Source: Squalus acanthias (Eukaryota). From it: a stretch of DNA of 64,000 nt. The DNA lies in the NCBI GenBank assembly GCA_030390025.1, contig CM059432.1:28832001-28896000 (forward strand), given 5' to 3'. Shown here piece after piece: positions 13,490 through 27,159 of this stretch. Below the pieces are notes generated by a model. It was given only the letters and a program-made list of their open reading frames with translations. It did no database searches and was not told the origin of the DNA. A program made the position numbers and the translations under genes. Every line of letters starts with the position of its first letter. The stretch's first letter is position 1.

Positions 13490-14465
13490 ACTTTACAGCA
13501 CTTTTAACGTCGTAAAACGTCCCAAGGTGCTTCACAGGGGCATAAATCAGACAAAAACTGACACCAAGCCAAAGAAAGAGACATTAGGACAGGTGACCAA
13601 ACGCTTGGTCAAAGAGGTAGGTTTTAAACAAGCTTAAAGGAGAGAGAGGTAGAGAGATGAAGAGGTTTGGGGAGGGAATTCATGAGCTTAGGACCTAGAG
13701 GCATGGTTGTTGGGTGAAGGAAGTGGTGGATGCACAAGAGGTCAGAGTTGGAGGAATGCAGAGTTCTCAGAGGATTATAGGGCTGGAGGAGGTTACAGAG
13801 AAAGGGAGGGACAAGACCATGGAGGGGTTTCAACACGAGGATGAGAATTTTAAAACTGGGAGCGAATGCAGGTCAGCGAGCACAGGGATGATGGGTGAAT
13901 AGGACTCGATGCGAGTTAGGATATGGGCAGAAGAGTTTTGGATGAGCTCATGTTTATGGAGGATGGAAGCTGGGAGGCTGGTCAGGAGAGTATTGGAATA
14001 GTTAAGTCTGGAGGTAAAAAAGCATGAATGAAGATTTCAGCAGCAGATGGGCTGAGGCACGTGCGGAGACAGGCAATATTACGGAGGTGGATATAGGTGG
14101 TCTTTGTGATGGAGAGGATATGGGGTCGGAAACTCAGTTCAGGGTTAAATAGGACACCAGGGTTGCGAACAGTCTGGTTCAGCCTCAGCCAGCGGCCAAG
14201 AAGGAGGATGCAATCTGTGGCTCGTGAACGGAGTTTGTGGCGAGGGCCGAAGACAATGGCTTCGGTCTTCCCAATGATTCATTGGAGGAAATTTAGGCTC
14301 ATCCAGGACTGAATGTCAGACAAGTAGTCTGACAACATAAAGGCAGTGGAAAGAGAGGTGGCGATGATGTAGAGCTGGGTATCATCGGTTTCCGTGGAAC
14401 CGGATGTTGTGTCTTCAGATGATGTCGCCAAGTTGTAGCATATAGATGACAAGTAGGAGGGGACC
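13490..14465 (-). mobile_element. L2 LINE 3' fragment
   Basis: DDTQLY, LSDIQSWM..NFLQ and LHGLVPPFLCNLLQPY motifs on the minus strand. Confidence 0.8.
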
Positions 14466-14473
14466 AATGATAG

Positions 14474-14870
14474 AGTAATTAAGTACTTTTGAAGTGTAGT
14501 CACTGTTATAATGTAGGAAACAGCAGCCAATTTGCTCACAACAAGGTCCCACATACAGCAATGAGATAATGACCAGATAATCTGCTCTGGTGAAGTTAGT
14601 TGAGGGATAAATATTGGCCAGGATACCGGGGGAAAACTCCCCTGCTCCTCTTCAAAAATAGTGCCATGGGGTCTTTTACATCCACCCGAGAGGGCAGATG
14701 TGCCTCTTTTTAACGTCTCATCTGAAAGGTGGCACCTCTGACAGTGCAGCACTCCCTCAGTACTATACTGAAGTGTCAGCCTAGATTTTGCGCTCAAGTC
14801 TCTGGAGTGGGATTTGAAGTTACAACCTTCTGACTCAGAAGCGAGTGCTACCACTGAACCACAGCTGACG
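14474..14870 (-). mobile_element. tRNA-derived SINE (Deu/SacSINE1-like)
   Basis: Minus-strand head gtcagctgtggttcagtggtagc (A box) plus B-box-like aacttcaaatcc; body shared with 37690-38152. Confidence 0.75.
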
Positions 14871-15699
14871 TCTAAATACACTAGTAGGGTTACTGCTAAA
14901 AAAAAAATAGATCAAGAATTTGACTACTCTTCGTCTGATCACAAACATGCTGTGTTAGAAAACAATCATCAATGGCATAAAGGTTTGTTAATCTCCCTGC
15001 TACACGAGAGATAGTTCACCATCGGATCATTTAATGCTAGGAAAATCGAAATCCCCACATTACAGACAACACCCAATCTGGGTGCTTTAGCAATTTGTAC
15101 CTGCAAGAAAGATAGATTAATAAGTCGTATATTGAAAATTCTATGGTGTTGTACTATCTGCTAATTAATCCCAGTTCTGTGAACACAGTATCACACTGCT
15201 CCAGACACATTAACTACACAAAATAATTATAATTCCTCCATCCACCCATCACACAATACCAGAGCTAGATTCACAGCTTTCAATACCCAGTCCAGGCACA
15301 TGTCTTCAGCACTCGATTTGCTGACAAATCTCAAAATCATACTCCACAGCAACTTCCATTATGGTTAGAAAACCTCACTGCAGGCCTCATGAACTAGCGA
15401 AGCCAAGGCAGCTCCATCACCCGAGATAAATTCATCACAGACTAAAGGATTTCCCAAGCATCTGTGAACAATCAATTGCAGCAATCACATCCACTAACCC
15501 TTGGAGGAAATTGTGAATATACTTGCCCTCTACACTGATCCTGAAGCTGAGATGAACAAGCACTGATTGGAGGCCAGGTAATTCCCAACAGGAAATAAAA
15601 GTAAGGAAATCTGAAGCACAGCCATTGCAAATCATTCTAAGATATTCTCTCATGGGCACAGTGTCGTATGGATATCTCTTGTCTAGCTGAATTTTTTTT

Positions 15700-17730
15700 T
15701 TTGAGAGGTCACTAGCATGGCCAATAGGGAGTGCCTATGGAGATTATCTATATGAACTTTGTCTATATGCATTTGATAAGGTTACGCACAAGAGATTGGC
15801 CCTGAATTTAGGGTCCGGATGATGGCAAACAGGCAGTTTTCGCCGTCATTCCGCCTATGAAACTGACCACAACTTCGGGATTTGGTGCATGTTAATCCTG
15901 AAGTTGCGGTCTGTCATTCACTGCTCCGACAGGCTGCGCTGTACCCTGCCCCCCCACCTCACAGAGCTGGCAATCAGTGTAATCACTCAAATCAAGGAAA
16001 ATTATTTAACGCTATTAAATTCCCCACTAAAAGTTAGACCCAAATGGGGATTAGGTGTAACTGGGGTTTTAACAGCATATTAACTGCTAATCAAAGGTTA
16101 TGGCCCTGAAATACTAATTTTGTGCAGCGTCAAATTTATAAATTTTAATAAAAAATTAAATTAAGAAACTTAAAATTTTTTAAATTTTTTTTTTAAAGTT
16201 TGTTTTTAAGTTTGTTCATCGTTATTTCAGGTTTACCTTTTCCCCATGTGAGAGCCCCAATCTTTGTTTTGCTCTCTAACTATTTTAAAAAGTTAGAATT
16301 TTAAGAGCTTACCAACTTAATGTTCACTGTCTGAGAATTCTGCGTTTTGACTGGCTGCTTAGACAGCCTGTTGACGTCACAGCAGCTCACACAAGGGGAT
16401 TCCCACTATACTTCGTTGATTTGAATTGAACGTTGGAAAACCCGAACCTCGACACAGAGATCGCAAGATCTTTGTGCGCAACTTACTTCGGGGCCAGTGG
16501 CGAACAGCTTCACCGCTGACCGCGAATTTCGGGCTATTATTCTAAAAAATAAAGTGCACAAAATTGGAGGTAACCTTGTGACATGGGTCTGTAATTGGTT
16601 GGGAGGTAAGAGATGGAGAGTTGGGATAAAGGGCTCATTCTCGGATTAGTGGGATGTGACGTGGTGTTCCCCAGGGATCTGTATAGGGCTTCAGCTTTAC
16701 ACCATATATATTAATGACTTGGATGAAGGAAGAGAGTTGCGTATCTAAGTTTTCAGATGACACTCAGTTAAGAGGCACAGTAAATTGTGTAGATGAGGTC
16801 AAAGATCAGCTATCATCTTATTGAATGGTGGAGCAGGCTCGAGGGGCCGTATGACCTACTCCTGTTCCTAATTCTTATGTTCTTAGGAGAGCAGGAAGTT
16901 ACAAAAAGGGGCAGATAAAGTGAGTGGGCAAAACTATGGCAGGTGGAGCTTAATGCGAAGTCATCCATTTTGGACCGGAGAAAGAAAAATCTGAATATTT
17001 TCTTAGTGATGAGACTTGGAGCTGTGGAGGAGCAAAGGGATTTTTGGTGTCCATGTGCACAGATTACTAAAAGATACACACAAAGTGCACAGGTACAAAA
17101 ATGATCAAAAAGGTTAGCTGAATATGAGTTTTCATCTCGAGCTGGAAAACAAAAAAGGAAGTGATGCTTCAGTTATACAGAGCCTTGGTCTGACCCCATC
17201 TGCAGTACTGTGTTCAGTTTTGGGCACTGAACCTCAGGAAATATATATTGGCCTTGAAAGGGGAACAGCACAGATTCACCAGAATGATACCAGGGTTTAA
17301 AGAGTTAAATTATGAGGACAGGTTGCATAAACTTGGCTTGTATTCCCTTGACTTTAGAAGGTTGCGTGGTGATCTAATCATGGTCTTTTAAATGATAAAA
17401 GGTTTTGATAGGGTAGATACAGAGAAACCATTTCCTCAGGTGGAAGAATTCAGAACAAGGAGGCATAATTTTAAAAGTTTGAGTTAGGATTTTTAAGGAG
17501 ACAAATCAGAAAGCACTTTTTCCACACAAAGGGTAGTGGAAAAATTGGAACACTCTCCCCCAAAATGCTGTAAATTGCTGGGTCAATTGAAATTTTCAAG
17601 ACCAAGATCAATAGATTTTTGTTGCGTAAAGGTATAAAGGAATACGGAGCAAAAGTAGATAAATAAAGCGGAGATCAGCAGTGAAAGCTCGAGGGGCTGA
17701 ATGGTCTACTCATGTTCCTATGTTCTTAAG
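15700..17730 (+). mobile_element. Old degenerate CR1 LINE, interrupted by a MITE-like insert (~15798-16535) and a short CR1 tail (~16795-16885)
   Basis: Recognisable RT remnants (GVPQG, FSDDT, LQYCVQFW) and a CR1 tail at ~17710-17730. Confidence 0.7.
15798..16535. mobile_element. Putative non-autonomous DNA transposon (MITE, possibly Harbinger-type)
   Basis: Imperfect terminal inverted repeats (ggccctgaattt ... gaatttcgggc); non-coding; splits otherwise contiguous CR1 sequence. Confidence 0.4.
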
Positions 17731-17965
17731 ACAGCTGCATTGGTCAAGAAAGAAAACACAATAAACACAGATCTGCTGTTTTAGACGTTTACACTGGATG
17801 GGCTGGTTTACAGGGCAGTTGTGGGAAGTGTGGCTTTAAATAGAAAGGGGGAGAAATCAAAAAGGGAGAAACAATTGGTGTTCAATAAATATCTGATAAC
17901 TGAACGGCTTCATTAGACCAACCAAATCTTTGACTACCACCATATCACGTCATTTAGACACTTAC

Positions 17966-18058
17966 TGGTCAGAACTGGTGTCACAGTAGACCCTTTTCGT
18001 TTTCTTAGTACTTTCAACAGGAAACTGATCTCCATCCAGATCTTGTTCTTCACCCAAC
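17966..18058 (-). CDS. Exon of host gene (LGEEQDLDGDQFPVESTKKTKRVYCDTSSD)
   Basis: tatag|G...CA|gtaagt; 93 bp, phase 2-2. Confidence 0.8.
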
Positions 18059-19812
18059 CTATAATCATATAGAAAACAAACTTCAGCTTTCTAAATGGGC
18101 AGGCTTTCATATTTTCATGTCACAGCCCCTCGCAGTGAAGCTCTTCATCTTAGCCTTCCCTTCCTTCCCACCACAAACAGCAAGAAAACTTCACCCTCCT
18201 ACAGAACCCCATGGTTTTGTAGGTTTAGTTTTGTTCAGACTAATATTTACTTAATGTCTTTGTTCTAAAGTACAACTATTACAACAGCCTAGTTTTCATG
18301 TCCCTTTTTATTATGTGATCAGTGTTCTGGTTGGTCAAATTTCATAGATTACACCAAACTGGGGGTGGCGGGGGGGGGGGGGGAAAGAGAAGACACCAAG
18401 GAAGAGAGATAATATTTGAGAGTGGGCAGAACTATGGCAGATGAAATTCAGTTCAGTTAAGTTAAGTGAAAAGATGTACAGTTGGAAAGAAAAAAAATTG
18501 AACAATTAAGAAGTGATATCAAACTAGCTAGAGGAGAGGCTGAGAACGTAAACTTGACATTGACCATGTCCAGCCAACGTACAACAATCAAAAAGTAAAC
18601 TTAATTCTGAGCTATACTGGCAAAACAAGTCTGAAATCATCTTGCTGAATCAGTATGGTGCTCTGGTCAGGCCGCACCTTGAACAATGCATTAATTCTGA
18701 TCACTGAGGCAAGAGGGCAACACCAACATCTTGGAAGTGGTGCAGCGAAGTATTACAAGATTGATCACTAGAGGACTGAGTTATGAGGAAAGGTTAGAAA
18801 AACACAGCTCCTTTCAAGCCTGAAAAATACTAACTAAGAGGGAACCTTACAGAGGTATTCAAGATACTAAGTGGTATAGGATATTAATCATGAGAAACTT
18901 TTCAAGTTATAACTGTAGGACGAGGAAACTGGCAAGTTTAGGACTGATGTCAGGAAATACTTCGTTATGTAACGAGTGACCGTACCTGGAATGGTCATCA
19001 GGTAGGGTAGTGGAGACAAAAACTAAGTCATTCAAAAGGTAGTTTGACTCAGTTACAGGGCATCTTTGATCTCTGGAAAGTTAAGTTTTAAAGACTAGGA
19101 TATCCCTCATGTACACTTATCTTTCTGAACTTTTGTTCAGGATATCTAGATTTGAAAAAAAAAGATACATCCATTTTTTAAGTATAATTACCAGTGGTAG
19201 GATCACAGCACCTTACAAAACAAGTCCTTGCTCTTGGCTGGGTGGGCAGGAAAATGAGATGTGGAGGTCAAGGAGAAGGGAAGTATAGATCAGGGCCTCT
19301 TCAAATAGAAGAGGGAGAAAGTCCCCGTTGTGGAGGACAGCAGTTACCAGGCAAATCAAATGTTAGAGTTTAAGACCAGATGTACATAAATCAAAGACAG
19401 GTATTGTAACAGGAAAAGTCTACATATAGAATACGGCATCCTATTCAACCACCCTGCCCCCTCCAAAAAAGCTATAGTATGTCAACCAGCATCTGAAGCA
19501 CATTAATGTTTTCATGAGTGACAAATAAAAAAAAGTGAATGTTTACACCCAAAACAAATCAAACTTTTCACTGGCCTACTGACCAGATGTACATTTCCAG
19601 CTGTTTTTATTAGAAATTTAGAAGCAATGCACGTTTGTTATCAACAGCAAATTAATGAAAGTAGATTGTCCCTGACACTTTCTATACAAAATTTAATGAT
19701 TCCACCCCCTGCCTAAACAGGAATTGTGTTTATTTTTCAGACTACATTTATGCAATTTCTATCACCTTCACAAGAGTTGCATAAAAAAAAATTGGGTTTC
19801 AAATTCACTCAC

Positions 19813-19929
19813 TTTGTTGAAGGATCCTCATCACTCTGCTCCTCATCGTTTTTCTCCTTTTGCTTGCTTTCATGATTTTCAAAATCTTCCTCAGTGGTTT
19901 TTGGCTCTGATTTCACATTCAAATTAAGC
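19813..19929 (-). CDS. Exon of host gene (LNLNVKSEPKTTEEDFENHESKQKEKNDEEQSDEDPST)
   Basis: ctcttttttttaaaaag|G...AA|gtgagt; 117 bp, phase 2-2. Confidence 0.85.
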
Positions 19930-21004
19930 CTTTTTAAAAAAAGAGCAATTTGTGTTTTGAACACATTAAGGACATACCCAGCACAATGCTTTTGCAAAGT
20001 AATTCCCTAAAACACATTACATGATTAATGGGAGAGAAGGGGGGAAAAAAGCTCTCAGTAGCTAAGTAGAGAAGCACTAGCTAGGGTGACCCATGTCCGC
20101 CCAATGGGACAAGGCATGACAAGTGGCAGAGACATGGCAGATAGGAGAAAATAGAACAAAAGTTGTTTTTGGCAACAAACTTAAGTTGGATTCTGTGCAA
20201 GGGTGGTCTTACTTTGCTGTACGAATGCGGTGCTAAGCAAGGAGCAGATCCACTTGGCCCATACATGCAGGATTCCAGGCGGCAGGCAGTGGTTAACAAG
20301 CAGAAACCCAAATCAAAGGATCAAGCCCCTCAACTAAAGCTCAAGAAGCCAACAGCAGTGTACGGCGATGTTGCTCAGAAGAGGGAAGGTGAATGGACAG
20401 ATCAAATATAACTATTTCACACAGAGGATGGTGCTGAATATTTGGACTGCACTGTCCAAGGAGATGATTGAAGCCAATAATCGGTCATTTTGACTGAGCG
20501 TTGGACAGGCATGTGGTGAGGAAAATTAATTCAGGGACTAAGATAGTGCACTGTGTATTCTGTTTTTGGACACTGGGGCTGGCAAGGTGGACTAGAGTGG
20601 CCTTTCCTTTTGCTACCAACCACTCAGTATTGTTTCGATTACAGCATGTTTAGTCAGCACTCATTTATTTTGGTTCTGTGCATAGGACTGAGGCAAGTAT
20701 AACTTTACAGGGCACTGGATTATGTTGGCTGGTGAAAAAAGTGTACAATTCACCTTCCTCCATAAAACACAGCATCTTATACAACACGAGTCAAACATCA
20801 GAATGACTTACAAATCTACTTTCATTTATATATAAAGTTACTCATGATTTTTATACTTTGTGCTAGAGCAGAGGCCATTGAATAAATGCAAATATAAAAA
20901 AACCTCAGCAAATTTGAAACAAAAAATGGTGGAAACACAGAGCAAGGTAGTCAACATCTGCAATGAGAAATGATAGGTTCATGTTTCCATTCTTTTCTCT
21001 TTAC

Positions 21005-21161
21005 AAATGCTGAAAAGTTAATAAATTTTTAACATTTGCCGTTTGCACTGTTTTATAAATGACTAAAATTTGATTGACTACAAGGCAGCAGGGCAGTGCA
21101 CTGCAACAAGCTACAGGATGGAGACAGGAGTGATTGCTCCATTCTACTTATTTCCCACCTC
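21005..21161 (+). repeat. Direct repeat copy 1 (~157 bp)
   Basis: Near-identical to 21790-21946 (about 3 substitutions by eye). Confidence 0.9.
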
Positions 21162-21488
21162 CCTGTTGCAGAGAAGTGATGAGTGGGGGATCAGGTTAGG
21201 TCTCAGAGGGAGGAGGGAAAATGTCCAATGGGGAGTTCCACAGCAGCTGCACCCATCTGCTTCTGGGTACACGATGCCAGTTTCTCATTCTGTCACAGAC
21301 AACGTCAAACGGTGAGAAACTAGCAAGTGGAGAAACCTCATGGGACTGGAAAAGGTTCAAGAAATGATTTGACTGATCTTAATCCTATTGATAACAGACC
21401 TTGTATTTATCAATACACTCCACCACCAGACAGTAATCCTCACCACTAAAAAACAAAACTACAATAGAATGAACATTTCTCATCTTAC

Positions 21489-21590
21489 TCCTCCGAAAGC
21501 TCATCTTCCTTCTCTGGAGTTTCTTTGCTCTTTATTTTTTCAGTTGTGTCTCTATAATCACTGCCTATTGATTCCAGCTCATCATTTGGT
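21489..21590 (-). CDS. Exon of host gene (PNDELESIGSDYRDTTEKIKSKETPEKEDELSE)
   Basis: tttttcttgtactgtag|A...GA|gtaaga; 102 bp, phase 2-2. Confidence 0.85.
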
Positions 21591-21789
21591 CTACAGTACA
21601 AGAAAAATATACCTTGGGTCAGTTCACCAAAAAGGTTTCAATTAAAATGTGTACATTTCTCACAACAGCTGATTGGTAAAGTATCAAACAGTAAAATCTC
21701 CATGCTGGTAAACTAAAGATTTCAAGTCCATAACCAGAGGACAGCCTAATTATAAAGGAGGCATTTAAAAGAGGATTTCAGCTTATGAG

Positions 21790-21946
21790 AAATGCTGAAA
21801 AGTTAATGAATTTTTAACATTTGCTGTTTGCACTGTTTTATAAATGACTAAAATTTGATTGACTACAAGGCGGCAGGGCAGTGCACTGCAACAAGCTACA
21901 GGATGGAGACAGGAGTGATTGCTCCATTCTACTTATTTCCCACCTC
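21790..21946 (+). repeat. Direct repeat copy 2 (~157 bp)
   Basis: Near-identical to 21005-21161. Confidence 0.9.
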
Positions 21947-23919
21947 AATGATCAAAAGGTCAAAATCCCATTCTCAGCAGAAACACCAACATGAACTTCC
22001 AAGTGGATTGGTAAATCCAGGTTACTGATCAGCTGTTAGAACTGCACAGTCAGCACCACTCAACTGTTCCATACAATTCACCAGGACTATAAACAGCTGG
22101 GAAGGGCTCATCACAATGCCAGTTTGAGACTAAATTAAGCAAGAAAATACTGAAAAATTGGGGCTTTTTTTTGTCAGAACACAGATCACGGGAGAGAAGT
22201 GTTTAAAATTATGAACAGATGGAACAGGGTAGATAGATAGACTGTTTCTAGTAGTTGAGGGGTCTAGAACAAGGGGCTACAGATACAATTGAATGCATGA
22301 GATTTAGAACAGAGAGCGCAAGAGAAACATCTTTAAACAGAGCCTTGTATTGAGGCTGTAGAATTCACTTCCAATGTTAGTGGTTAAGGCAGAGACTATG
22401 TCAACATTCATGATTATATAGGATAGGTGGTTGAATGAAAAGTGGCTGAAGCGATATAGGAACAGCATGGTTAAATGTGATTAAAACTTTGCTTACATGG
22501 AAGGTAAACATTGACTGGTTGGGCCGAATGACCTGTTTCAGTGTTGTAATTTCTAAGCACAAGCAGCAAGAGCGGCAGCAGTTGCTGTTATCAGCTGATA
22601 TTTAAAGTGCCGATGTTAAGAGGAGAGGCTCTGCAAGTGATCAATCAACTGTTTAAGTGCCACTTAGTACTGAGCCACAGTACACATGGCAAATTGGCTA
22701 TAGTGACTATTTGGGCTACTGGCCAAACCAATCTGGTTTCTACAGGGTTTTCCTGGTGTATATGGCTCAGCTACTCCCAGGATAAACTCTCAGCCATTGG
22801 GGAAGTCGATATTTTTAAACTTACTGTGGACTGGCTTTGCGTACCAGCGTTAGGGAACAGCATCCGTTGGAAATTATACTTCAGAAAGTGCTTGAAGTCC
22901 ACAGCAGATTAGTCAACAACAGCAACTTGCATTTATAGTGCCTTGAATGTAGTGCAACATCCCAATGATGACATTCCTCATCCCCAAGTACCTTGTGATT
23001 TTGATGTTTATAAGTTCTGAGCTTTTAACTACCAAGTGGTATACTGACTCGTCCAATAGCATTCAAATTCCCAGTAAGAGAATCAAAGACTCACATATTT
23101 CCATTTGAAGAATGAGATAGCCTAGGAAATAAAATGACAATTGCCAAACTCCTGCTGCCCTGGAGCCCCAAATACTACTGATCTCCTGACAGACATTCAG
23201 ATAACAGCTACTTATCCTTTGAAGCTCTTGATCCAGAGTCTGAAGTATTGGCTACAAAAGGTTCAGTTGCATTTCACCTGGTTTATGTAAAACTTCTTAA
23301 TCAAGAGTATGCAAAATGAAAGTGAAGATAATCAAGGTTCTGTTGTGTGAGCCTTGCCATGGAGGATTGAAGAGTCGATCCTAATTCTGTCCTCACCTGA
23401 TGTCTATACTTCCAGCAGAGACCAGAAGTGGGAAAATCTGGCTGATCTTTTCTTAACCAACTGTATGCAGCACCCCTACTGCCAATTCTGTTGCCAATTT
23501 GGTACAGAACAGGATTTGAAGCTGGGGCCATAGGGAAGCCTACTAATGAATATTTTGAAATCTGCTGAAAGAAAAATGCAATTTTTGCACCATTTCTTCA
23601 GTCACACTTTGTTTCTAGGGTTTAGGAGAAGAAAGGGCAAGGATCATTTCAATTTGGACTTCTCCATAATCAATCGTCATTTCACTAACAGACAGGAACC
23701 ACACTACCACTGAATGCTCATATCCCCATCTTTATTCTTTCAGCTGTATAAAAAGGATAATTTGCTGAGGCAGCAGTAGGAGCTGTACAATTAGCTTCAG
23801 TACCCTTGGGTAAGGAGGAGATAAATAAAAATCAGCCAGGAGTCCCATTATTAATTATTGCCTAGTGGCCACATGCTGCAGGAGTTACTTGTCTTAAGTC
23901 ATCCATCCAGAGAAAATGC

Positions 23920-24830
23920 AACTTCCTCCTACAGCCACTGTAGCATTCAATTGTTTCTTAAATGATTCTAGCATTTCTGCCTCCACTAACCTATCTGGAA
24001 TTCTACAGCAGACATTGATCACTCTGAAGAATTTCCTGATATCAGTCCTAAAATTACCTTGTACTAGTGTTTAAACTTGTTCCCTCAAGTGCTACTCCTA
24101 CAGTTTAATAAAAAAGTTACCTGGAATATTACTTTGTGTATCTTTAATCTTATACATCTCTAAGATCACCTCTCAGATGCCTCCTTTCTAGGCTGAAAAA
24201 CCCAAGCTTCTTCATTCTTTCCATACAACTCAGACTTCTGACACTAGGGATAGCCTTGTGGCTCTTCTCTGCACTGCCTCCAGTAATTGAATGTCTTAGT
24301 GACCAGAACGGATCGCTGTCTTCAAGGTGCAGTCTGACTGCTCTACAGTTTGATCACTACTTCCTTTGATATATTCTACTGTTTTGGCTATGTAGTTCAG
24401 CATCCTTTTGGTTTTGTTGATTGCTGTTCTGCATTAGTTGGAAATATTTAGTGTCAAGTCTATGAAGACTCGTAGGTCTCTTTCAAATTCACTATTAGCT
24501 ATTTTAACACCATTAATGAAGTATTTGCATTGGTTATTTATCCTTCCTCTGTCCAGCAGTTTATATTGTCAGCATTAAATTTCATCTGACATCGTTCTGC
24601 CCATGTACATATCTTGTCCAACTCGTGCTATAATTTGAGCCACCTCTTCAGATTTCACTGGATTATCTTAGTTTACCATCTGTAAATCTGATTACTTTGC
24701 ATCGAATAAACCAGTATTGACCAGGAAACACATCTTCCCTTTAGTCTGAATCCATGCTGAGTACTGTTAACCAGGTTATAGTTATAGAGTAGCCTCAAGT
24801 TCACTCCTGATGATCAGTTTCATTATTTTT
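23920..24830 (-). mobile_element. Highly degenerate CR1 fragment
   Basis: Minus-strand remnants of the RT C-terminus (LFSLERRxLRGDL-like). Confidence 0.55.
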
Positions 24831-25059
24831 TACATAGAATGGAAACAAGATGCCCTCCACGGTCAAACAGTCTACAATATTCACTATCTAGGCTGACAGG
24901 TAAAAACTGCCATTTGAGTTCGGTGTCACTGGCACCCATGAAAGCCTAAAGCCTTAACCTGTAAAATGGAAAAAATAATAAAAATCACTGTAAACTGGTT
25001 GCCGTGGTAGAGATAATTCATCAGAATCAATCAACTGGTCAAAAAAAAGGGAAAATTAC

Positions 25060-25115
25060 CTGTTAAGGCTATTTTCTTTCTTGTCTTGTGGTTTATTGGA
25101 GGAATTACTCTTTTC
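25060..25115 (-). CDS. Exon of host gene (EKSNSSNKPQDKKENSLN)
   Basis: ctatttttgcag|G...AG|gtaatt; 56 bp, phase 0 to 2, bridges the 26973 and 21590 exons. Confidence 0.8.
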
Positions 25116-26133
25116 CTGCAAAAATAGTTCATAATACTGAATAATACTTGCCTGTATATATTGCACTTAACATTGAAACATCTATCGCAAAACTCTTCAT
25201 ACAATGAATTATTTTTCAGGTGCTGTGACTGATGCAATGTAGGTGAATAATAGCTATTCCGAACCAGTAATTTCCAACAAGTTGAATACATCTGTTTTTG
25301 GTGATACTGATAAAACTGGATTTCCTAAAGAAACATACCTTTTGAATCGATCACCGCCTGAACTTCATTCTGATCACAGTATTGTACACTATAAGTTTCA
25401 AGATACTGACTTTGCTTGGTTGGTTTTGTTTGCGTCTGCCGCACATATTCAGTCTGCCCAAAGACAGTGGATGAAAGCTTTGTAATATCTCTACAATCTA
25501 CTGTTTCTGTTTAAATAGCCACTTTTTTTTTTTAAAGTGGCAACTCCACCGAGAAACTAGTCTTGATCTTAACTAATGCACCAATTATTTTATGCCCTGC
25601 ATCCTCCATTTCAGCACGCAAGATCACCTCGTTGTGGACAGAGTGCAATTTTAACCTACTATTTTGCATCAAGTACCTCTTACAGATTGACAACTTGTTC
25701 CCATGAGAAAATAACTGTGGGCTGGGACGGCACGAGAAGGCTAGTGCTCACCACCTGCCTCCACATGATCCCTCGTTGTGAGGTCAGCATGGTGTGATGC
25801 GTGGTCTCACTTGGCTCACACTACCCAGGTATATTAAGTACTGTTTTCAGATGCCTCACTTTCTCTCTGCATGCTTGTGCTGTGCAGGTCTGTGACCCAG
25901 GCAGCCTGAACCCCTGACATGCTGCAGATTAGTGGAGCCCTTGTCCCATGAAATTGGTGTCCATCACAGCTGGCTGTGCTGAACTTGCATAAGTTTTGCT
26001 TCACTTTGCAGCTTAAACTTGGTTCCTAAACTTAATTTCATGAACTAATCTGCTTACAGTAAAATGCTTCAACGGCACTATTACTTTATAATTACTGTAA
26101 AGCCTGATGACAAAGTCCTTCTTGGATGCATCT

Positions 26134-26464
26134 TTAAGGCCTGGGAGGGTGTTTTCTAGATCCTGGAGGACCTCTCATCCTTGGCAGTATTCCAATGGGA
26201 ACTCCTCTGCCAGAAGGCATCCCCATCGGTGGTGGTCCAAATGGAAGTCCCATGTCAGGAGGTGGCCCCATAAAGCCTGGCCTTGGCTCACCAAGGTTCA
26301 GAATGGGCGGGGGTCCCCCTCATTGATACGCAGGGTTGAGGGACAGCAGAAAAGCTAGGAGCCTGAGGGGCCAATGCCTGTTGCGAGGGACCTCCAACCC
26401 CTCTTACCAGTCCTGCAGGTACTTGAACCATCGGCATGCTAGCTGGTATCCCTTTCCCTGCTGC
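26134..26464 (-). pseudogene. SNRPB: 5'-truncated processed pseudogene of snRNP SmB/B'/N
   Basis: [29 protein letters not shown] matches the SmB segment [32 protein letters not shown]. Downstream, [32 protein letters not shown]-stop matches the SmB'/N C-terminus. Frameshifted, with no introns. Confidence 0.8.
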
Positions 26465-26972
26465 TAAAAGTGCATCATACTGCAAGACAAAAAGACCTAC
26501 TCCATTCTTAACTCATCCAAAATAGACAATATAAACACCCTTTAGCTAAGGGCACACCTTTTGCCCCAAAATGCATGAAGATTTTCGTTACCTCCAGAAG
26601 CCCAATTGCTCTTCACTGGATGTGGATATACCAATGTCAAACGACACCTCATATCCAGCAAGCCTTCCATTTGGTGCTCATTCACAGTGAGCAAAAGCAA
26701 GTATTGAGCCACAAACATATCTTTAATGGAAGCTGAATTGATGTCATTAAGGGGGAAAATTGAGTCAGACACTAATGGAACGGCTTGATTTCTGTCTCTG
26801 TCCCCTTGTGGAGATAAGGGAGAACCATAGTTTTCCTTAAAGTAGGGGACCAAGAGGTGGTGGTAATGGGAGGGAAGTAAGGAAGTTCCTGGCAGCAGAA
26901 TCATGCATGGTCTCTGATTGGAATAGACTTGATGGGCAAATAACTCCAAACTTTAACACTGTGCATAATTAC

Positions 26973-27081
26973 CCTTTCTTTGTGTTTCCTATCCTTATTT
27001 TTCTGTTTCCTGGCACAGAATTCTTTGAGCTGTTTATCCATACCCGTGAGCATGTCTTCAAAGGATTCCTGACATGAAGAT
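26973..27081 (-). CDS. Exon of host gene (SSCQESFEDMLTGMDKQLKEFCARKQKNKDRKHKER)
   Basis: ttttcttgtttttattttgcacag|A...AGG|gtaatt; 109 bp, phase 2 to 0. Confidence 0.85.
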
Positions 27082-27159
27082 CTGTGCAAAATAAAAACAA
27101 GAAAAAAAAGTTCAGGATTGTGATCCACAAAATTCATGACGCACCAACTGACAAGGTTT

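Noticed and set aside
23301..23566. Minus-strand ORF after a strong-looking acceptor
   Set aside because: Does not fit the exon phase chain and has no recognisable homology.
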